DNA of 64,000 nucleotides from Chloroflexota bacterium (lineage in GTDB: Bacteria; Chloroflexota; UBA11872; VXNJ01): contig OZ253449.1 in assembly GCA_965261345.1 (NCBI GenBank), positions 256,001 to 320,000 of the forward strand. Reading direction: 5' to 3'. Numbering within the stretch: position 1 is the stretch's first letter; every line of letters begins with the position of its first letter. The notes under the pieces were generated by a model. It saw only the letters and a program-made list of their open reading frames with translations. It was not told where the DNA came from and made no database searches. Shown piece after piece: positions 57,851 through 64,000 of the stretch. The translations under genes and the position numbers were made by a program.

Positions 57851-57980
57851 GAATTGGACATCCTGCGGCCGCCGACCGGCGCGCCCGGGGACCATGGCCG
57901 ACGGCGGCATCACCCGGGCGGGCACCCGAATCGGGGCGCCCGCCCGGAAATCGATGTAGGCGAACTAACGCGTGGCCTAG

Positions 57981-59111
57981 TCAGCGCCGACCGGTGCGCG
58001 AGTAGGCGACGATTTCCGGCTCCAGCCAGGGCTCGACCAGCCCGGGTGCATAGCGGGCGGCCCGGTAGACATTGATGTATTGGCCGCCAAAGTAGGGCGA
58101 GTAGTAGTCCCAGACGGTCCGTCCTTTGGGGGTGACCTCAAAGAGGTGCCCGCAATCGGATTCGCAGATCAGGGTATTGCCGTTGGGAAGGCGCTGCTGG
58201 CCGGCCCGGAAGGGCGAGAAAAAGTCGGCGCCGGCGGAATATTCCCAAACCATCTGATCGGGATTGCGGGGGTCGAATTCGCGAACCGACGACCACCCGC
58301 GACGGGTTCCGTTGTCAAAGAGGAGGATATTGCCGTTAGTGAGCATCTGGGCCTGGTGTTGGCCGTCGAGCACGCCCGGCCCCCAGGCCCAGACAATTTC
58401 GCGACTGTCCTGGTCAACGATCGAAATAACATCCAGCTGCCGATGTGAGAGCAGGTAGTTTCCGGCCCGAAAACGCCGGTCGGATTGCCCCAGCGGATTT
58501 TTGGGCAGAACGGTCACGGTGTTGGTGTGTGCCCAATCGGCACGTTGCTGGCGGTGCGGGATGCCGGCGAGGTCCACAAGCTCTTCAATATGGTCGGAGA
58601 GCCACCACTCCCAGTGCACCCGCGTGTCACGGTCGATCATCAGCAACAGGTCATCCTGGATCGGCCCGCCGGCAAAGATGTCCGGGCGGTGGCGGTCTTT
58701 TTGGTAGAGCGTGAGGATGGACCCGTCCTGATAGCGGTGGAAATCGTGGTGGGTTCGCCCATGCCAGCCCCAGACGACGTTGCCATTGACATCTGATTCA
58801 AAGACGCCGCCGAAGTAGTTGTCCCAGAAAAGGGTGCCGCCAGGTTCGAGTTCGGCCCATTGGCTGTGCACCACCGGCCACTCATGAACGACCCGCCCAT
58901 TCATGTCGATGAGGTATTCGGTGCTCCCGAAAGCCGGCGAGAAAAGCGTGTAACCCTCGAAAGCAGCATCACGGTCCCAGCTCCGCACCCCAACCGGTCC
59001 GCTGTAGACCCGTGGCGGCAGGTGTTCCGACGGCGGGCCGTAATCGCGCCCTGCTTGACGTTCGGTACCGGTGCCTACCCGGTAGGGAATTCGGTGGCGC
59101 GGAATCGGCAT
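57981..59111 (-). CDS. Arylsulfotransferase (ASST) family protein
   Basis: HHDF, DWAHTN, QHQA, FDNG and QRLPNGNTLI beta-propeller motifs. Confidence 0.88.
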   Translation of the reverse strand: MPIPRHRIPYRVGTGTERQAGRDYGPPSEHLPPRVYSGPVGVRSWDRDAAFEGYTLFSPAFGSTEYLIDMNGRVVHEWPVVHSQWAELEPGGTLFWDNYFGGVFESDVNGNVVWGWHGRTHHDFHRYQDGSILTLYQKDRHRPDIFAGGPIQDDLLLMIDRDTRVHWEWWLSDHIEELVDLAGIPHRQQRADWAHTNTVTVLPKNPLGQSDRRFRAGNYLLSHRQLDVISIVDQDSREIVWAWGPGVLDGQHQAQMLTNGNILLFDNGTRRGWSSVREFDPRNPDQMVWEYSAGADFFSPFRAGQQRLPNGNTLICESDCGHLFEVTPKGRTVWDYYSPYFGGQYINVYRAARYAPGLVEPWLEPEIVAYSRTGRR

Positions 59112-59191
59112 CTAATTTAAGTCCTTGCAGTTGACAAATGGCAAATCGGCGTTTCTAGTTTTTACAGTCGGCGGGCCGACGAAACCCCCGC

Positions 59192-60041
59192 TCACTCGAA
59201 ATTATCAAAACTCTGCCCCACCACCCGGTCGATTAGCCGCTCGCCGCAACCGCGGCAGGTAACCCATTCGTACATCCGCCAACCAACGCTGTCTTGGAGC
59301 TGGGCGGTCAACCCGCCGTCGGCCACCACCGTCGATCCGGTCATATACGACGCATCGGAGCTAGCCAGAAACGAGATGGCCGCGGTCATCTCATCCGGTC
59401 GACCGCCGCGCCCCAGGGGGAAATTTTGCGACCAGCTTTCATCACGCCCGGGTGGGCGTTAATCCCGGCCTGTAAGCGGTCGGTGAAGATCAGCCCCGGA
59501 CAGATCGCATTGACCCGTATCCCACGCAGACCCAGGTCGATCGCGGCAACCCTGGTAGGCGCGATCGCCGCGTGTCGTAAATGGTGCGGTCGGTTTCGGT
59601 CAGCGACCCGTGAGCCGAGGCCACGTTTACGATCGCGCCGTCGCCATTGCGCTCGAGCGCTGCGGTGGCGTGGCGCATCAGCAACTGGGTGGCCATCATC
59701 ATCACCTTGAATTGTTCCTGCCAATCCTCGGCCTCGACCTGGCTTATCCGGACCAATCCCCGTTTCGGGGCGGCATTGTTGACCAGGATGTCTAGCTGGC
59801 CGAATCGAGCCAGCCCCGCATCGACGACCGCGGCCGGACTTTCTGGGTCGGTCAGGTCGGCGTGCAGGTAGGCGGCCTGGCCACCGTCCGCCTGCAGGCG
59901 TTGGGCCTCAAGCTCGCCCTTTTCGTCTTGGAGGTCAACCATCGGTACCGCCGCCCTTTCATTGGCCAACCGGCGCGCGGAAGCCAGGCCGATATTCTGG
60001 GTAGCACCGGTCGCTATTGCCACACGGTTCTGATGTCGCAT
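59192..60041 (-). pseudogene. Degraded SDR oxidoreductase
   Basis: SDR motifs (TGATQNIG, VNNAA, IRVNAICPG, FLASSDASYMTG) are spread over three frames. Confidence 0.8.
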
Positions 60042-60203
60042 AACCGACCCTTCCGATCCTGGCTTGGTTGACGGGAATCGCAGCGATCAATTTCGCGCGT
60101 TAACGCCAGATCGTTTATCGCAGACGGGGCTAATTTTTCAGTCGGCGGCCGCGGAGCGAGCGTCGCTTCGCTCGCCGCCAACCCTTGGGCGCTAGCTGCT
60201 CAC

Positions 60204-60800
60204 CTATCCGTTGCGCAAGTCTGCCAGGTATTGATCGCCGCTCATCCGGTGGGTGGCATGCCAGCGGAATCCGGCCCGGACGGCCATCGCTTCCAGTTCG
60301 TCGGGGTCGATCCGCCGTTCCAGCGGCGGCCCGTCTTCGGAACCCCTGCGATACCATTCCACCACCGTGCAGCGTCCCTTGGGCAGCAGCAGCCGGCGAA
60401 CCGCCACCAGGAACCGGACCCGGTCGTCGGCGTGATGAACTACGCAGGCTAGCAGCAAGGCGTCAATCGACCCTTCGTCCGGCGGAAATTGGTACTCGCC
60501 GCACTTGAGCACCTCCACGTTTCCCAGCCGCGCTTCTCCCACCCGGCGGCGGCAGATCTCCAACATCTCGTCGTCCGGGTCAAGGGCAATAACCTTGCCG
60601 CGGCCCAGCGCCCGGGCCAGTGCGACCGTGTAATAGCCGGGGCCACATCCGATGTCGGCGACCGTGACGTTATCGCCCGCCAGGCAAAGTTCCAGGATCG
60701 TGGCGGTGCCGGCCCGGTGCTCGCGCTCGGGTGACAGCAGGCGCTCGATATAGCTGGTTTGGGAACTTCCGGGCGCGGGGCCGGTCGTGTCATTCGTCAT
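60204..60800 (-). CDS. Class I SAM-dependent methyltransferase
   Basis: VADIGCGPG motif; GPP..RRI C-terminal motif. Confidence 0.9.
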   Translation of the reverse strand: MTNDTTGPAPGSSQTSYIERLLSPEREHRAGTATILELCLAGDNVTVADIGCGPGYYTVALARALGRGKVIALDPDDEMLEICRRRVGEARLGNVEVLKCGEYQFPPDEGSIDALLLACVVHHADDRVRFLVAVRRLLLPKGRCTVVEWYRRGSEDGPPLERRIDPDELEAMAVRAGFRWHATHRMSGDQYLADLRNG

Positions 60801-61138
60801 GGGACCCGAGATTCCTTTGCGGCCGGATTATTTTGTCGCCAATGGGAATTTGCCGGTCGGCGCGGATCGACGCCGCCCCATTTGGAGGGGTTGGGTCTTT
60901 GCCGCTTGCCGCCCAGCGCCCGCAACGTTACCAAATTTTCAGAGCAGGTCACTGCGGCGCACTCCGATACCGGTTCAAAGTATGAGCCCCGCGGGACGGA
61001 CGTTTCCACGACCGGGCAATCGGTCGCCCTGCTCGGAGGTGATTTTGACACCCGCCGCGTCCCACGTTAGCCTCCGGTTGGCATCAGCGTGGCGGCCGCA
61101 GCACCGGCGGCTCCGAACCCGACAAGGACCCCAATTAA

Positions 61139-62104
61139 GTGTCAGTTGCCCGGCCCAAAATTGTTGTCCCAGGCGACGACCCGCCCCAGATTCAAGGGTC
61201 ACCGCACCTTGACCGGCTGCAAACCTACGGCGATGTCCGCGTTTACCGCGACCACCCATCGAACTTAGACGATCAACTTCGGCGTGTGTCCGGCGCCGGG
61301 GTCATCATTAACTCCCGCAGCAGCGTTCGGTGGCCCGGCGGTGCCCTTAGAGCGCTGCCGCAGCTTGGGTTGATCGCGACCTGTTCAATCGGCGTTGACA
61401 TGATCGATATCGAGGCAGCGCGGGAATGCGGCATCACCGTTAGCAACCAACCCGGACGCACGGCGCCGGTGGTGGCCGAACACGCGATTGGCCTGATGTT
61501 TGCAGCGGCCAAACGGGCCGCCTTCCAAACTCAAGAACTCAAGGCCGGCCGCTGGAGCCCCAGGCAAAACGTCATGCTGGCCGGCAAGACTATTGGCATC
61601 GTCGGCGTCGGCAGCGTAGGCGCAGCGGTCGCCCGGATCGCTCGCGCCCTGGGTATGGAATGCCTGGCCTGGACGTTTAACCCGTCGCCGCAACGGGAGG
61701 TTGAACTCGGCGTCGAATTCGTCGATCTTGACCGGCTCCTTGGCCAGTCCGATGTTGTCAGCCTTCACCTGCGTCTTAGCCCGCAGAGCCGCAACCTGAT
61801 CGGCGCTCGCGAACTTGGGCTGATGAAACCGGGCGCGCTGCTGGTCAATACCGGGCGCGGGGCGCTGGTGGATGAAACCGCCCTGGTGGATGCCCTCCGT
61901 AACGGGCACCTGGCGGGCGCCGGCCTGGATGTTTTCTGCCGGGAACCGCTCCCGCCTGATCATCCGATCCTGACCTGTGACCAGGTGGCTCTGACCCCAC
62001 ATGCAGCCGACCAGACCCCGGAAGGCGTCGAACTGCTTAACGAAGGCGCCGTCGCCAACGTCATCGCATTTCTTGAGGGGCGTCCGAACAATGTCGTTAC
62101 CTGA
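61139..62104 (+). CDS. D-isomer-specific 2-hydroxyacid dehydrogenase
   Basis: VAEH, GVGSVG, NTGRG, DVF..EP and TPHAA motifs. Confidence 0.92.
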   Translation: MSVARPKIVVPGDDPPQIQGSPHLDRLQTYGDVRVYRDHPSNLDDQLRRVSGAGVIINSRSSVRWPGGALRALPQLGLIATCSIGVDMIDIEAARECGITVSNQPGRTAPVVAEHAIGLMFAAAKRAAFQTQELKAGRWSPRQNVMLAGKTIGIVGVGSVGAAVARIARALGMECLAWTFNPSPQREVELGVEFVDLDRLLGQSDVVSLHLRLSPQSRNLIGARELGLMKPGALLVNTGRGALVDETALVDALRNGHLAGAGLDVFCREPLPPDHPILTCDQVALTPHAADQTPEGVELLNEGAVANVIAFLEGRPNNVVT

Positions 62105-62150
62105 GCGATCGTTCGGCCGGCGGTCGGCCACCGGCAACGACAACCCGCAT

Positions 62151-62945
62151 ATGGTCGACCCGATGGCGGTCAACCGCGTCAACTGGAACGAGCGGACCGC
62201 CGTGCACGCGCGATCTTCGTTCTACGACCTGCAAGGTTTTCGGGACGGTCGAACTTCACTCAAATCAATCGAGCTTGGCGAGATCGGCGATGTCGCCGGC
62301 AAGGCCCTCCTCCACCTTCAGTGCCATTTCGGAATGGACACCATTTCCTGGGCACGCCGCGGTGCAAGGGCCACCGGAGTTGATTTTTCCGACGCCGCAA
62401 TCGATCTGGCGCGGTCCTTAAATGACGAGATCGGGACGGATGTGCGCTTTATTTGCTCCAACATCTACGACCTGGCGGGCCAGATCGAGGAGGATTTTGA
62501 CTTCGTCTTTACCTCCTATGGCGCCTTAGCCTGGCTGCCGGACGTAAACGCGTGGGCCGATGTGGTGGCTGAGAAACTCAAGCCGGGCGGAGTCTTCTAC
62601 ATCATCGATTTCCACCCATACCTGGGTACGCTCGGGCAGTTGGAATCCGGTCATCTCGGGCCGGAATACAACTACTTCCATGAGCGGCGCTTCATGGAGG
62701 GAAATCTGCCGAGCTACACCGGAGCTGACCTGGTCAAAAGCCCCTGTTGGGAGTGGCAGCACAGCCTGGGCGAAATCGTAACCGCCTTATCTGAGGTTGG
62801 CCTAAATATCGAGTTTCTGCATGAATTTGCATTTTGCGGATTTCGGGCATTTCCGGAAATGGAGCTCTGCCCGGACGGCTGGTGGCGATTTCCCAGCCGC
62901 AACGAATCAATCCCGCAGATGTTCTCAATCAGGGCCCGCAAATAG
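62151..62945 (+). CDS. Class I SAM-dependent methyltransferase
   Basis: LHLQCHFG.DT, GVDFS and LKPGG motifs. Confidence 0.9.
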   Translation: MVDPMAVNRVNWNERTAVHARSSFYDLQGFRDGRTSLKSIELGEIGDVAGKALLHLQCHFGMDTISWARRGARATGVDFSDAAIDLARSLNDEIGTDVRFICSNIYDLAGQIEEDFDFVFTSYGALAWLPDVNAWADVVAEKLKPGGVFYIIDFHPYLGTLGQLESGHLGPEYNYFHERRFMEGNLPSYTGADLVKSPCWEWQHSLGEIVTALSEVGLNIEFLHEFAFCGFRAFPEMELCPDGWWRFPSRNESIPQMFSIRARK

Positions 62946-63347
62946 CTGCCGGATTGCGATTGGCGCCCGTAGTCGATTGCCAATTCGGGCGCAATGGACG
63001 ATGGGGAACCGCTGCTCGGCCGGTTCGGCCGCAATGCCCAAATTCGCCGCGGGCTCAGAGCCGGCTGAAGACATTTGGGGCGGCGGCGCAATCCCGACCG
63101 GTCCGGTCTTTCAGATTGACCGGGCCGTCATCGAGGCAATCGGCCGACCCGCTGAGACTGCACCGTCACCCAAAGCAGATCCAGATTTTCGGCCGGGCCG
63201 TCGACCGGGCCGCAGCCCGATCCGAATGAACCTCGCTTCCATCGAATTGCATCCAGGGGTAACTACGGCTTGAGGCAATTGGCTAGGTAGCTGTCCGCCA
63301 TGATTGGTAAGACCGACGCCCGGCCGGACCGGCAAGGAAATATCGAC

Positions 63348-63632
63348 ATGGCCAACCCGGAATTAGGGCGCTACAGCACCGTAGGAACGATCGCCGTCGC
63401 CCGAATAAACGCGGTAGGCCGGTTGGCGGCGGCCGGTCTCAATGCGGTCGGTCTGGTGGCCGTGAGCATCTTCAGCGCGATCGGCATGGTCACCTTCGGA
63501 CCCATCAACGCAATCGGTCTGGTGGCAATCGGGGGAGTGAACGCAATCGGCATCGTCGCCGTTGGCGGCCTGAACTCGACCGGTATCATCGCCGTCGGGG
63601 GCAACGCCAAAAGCCTTCTGCCGGTCGCCTAG
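63348..63632 (+). CDS. Small hydrophobic protein built of 11-residue repeats
   Basis: AAGGAA RBS; 94 aa with repeats N-A-(V/I)-G-x-(V/I)-A-(V/I)-G-G-x. Confidence 0.7.
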   Translation: MANPELGRYSTVGTIAVARINAVGRLAAAGLNAVGLVAVSIFSAIGMVTFGPINAIGLVAIGGVNAIGIVAVGGLNSTGIIAVGGNAKSLLPVA

Positions 63633-63706
63633 CCGCATCGATGGCGCCGCAAGCTGCGCCACCCGGTAATTCCGGCGGATCCTTCGAAAACTAGAAGCGT
63701 CAGCTG

Positions 63707-64000
63707 TTAGGACAACCGACCGGTTCGCGATCGACCGGCCTGGCCGTTGGCGACCGGCGAGCTGGGCGGCGCCCCGACCGGCGGTTCCGACTGCATCCGG
63801 GCCCGGATGTCATCGACTGCCTTTAGGACCGCCTCGGGAGTGGCCGGCGGGTCCAGGTCCGGCAAAAGCCGGTAGTTCGACAGACTGGTTACCGCATCAC
63901 GGATGGCCAGCCATACCGAGATCGCCAGCATCAGCGGCGGTTCGCCGATCGCTTTGGATCGGAAGATTGTCGGCTCGCGGTTGGGCGCGTCTTCGAGGAT
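63707..64000 (-). CDS. xdhB: Xanthine dehydrogenase molybdopterin-binding subunit, 3' end (partial)
   Basis: NREPTIFRSKAIGEPPLMLAISVW..PATPE motif; runs off the window edge. Confidence 0.88.
   Translation of the reverse strand: MLEDAPNREPTIFRSKAIGEPPLMLAISVWLAIRDAVTSLSNYRLLPDLDPPATPEAVLKAVDDIRARMQSEPPVGAPPSSPVANGQAGRSRTGRLS

Noticed and set aside
59131-59141. TTGACAAATGG identical to the outer IS110 right end
   Set aside because: Only 11 bp, mostly the -35 consensus; no other IS sequence nearby.

Overview
GC-rich bacterial chromosomal window, mostly scattered catabolic and transport genes (SDRs, LLM monooxygenase, enolase-family enzyme, copper amine oxidase, esterases, NCS2/SLC13/CDF/MFS transporters, panBC, the 3' end of xdhB). 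It carries seven IS elements or remnants and several frameshifted genes. The gene mix resembles Chloroflexota (SAR202-like or host-associated), but that is inference only. The main feature is a four-layer nested structure at 11946-17364. A PD-(D/E)xK-like gene is split by an IS110 (outer). The outer element's left end carries a second, divergent IS110 (inner), whose recombinase is split by an antisense group II intron. Both IS110 bridge RNAs can be read from the sequence, and the inner element's target guides match the outer element's left end. The intron has non-canonical termini (GAACG...GAA) with an apparently compensatory U-A gamma pair. Other oddities are two NCS2 permeases fused to a degenerate RsbW/HATPase-like domain, a copper amine oxidase with Ile in place of the TPQ-consensus Asn, and an in-frame amber codon in a circularly permuted ATP-grasp gene.
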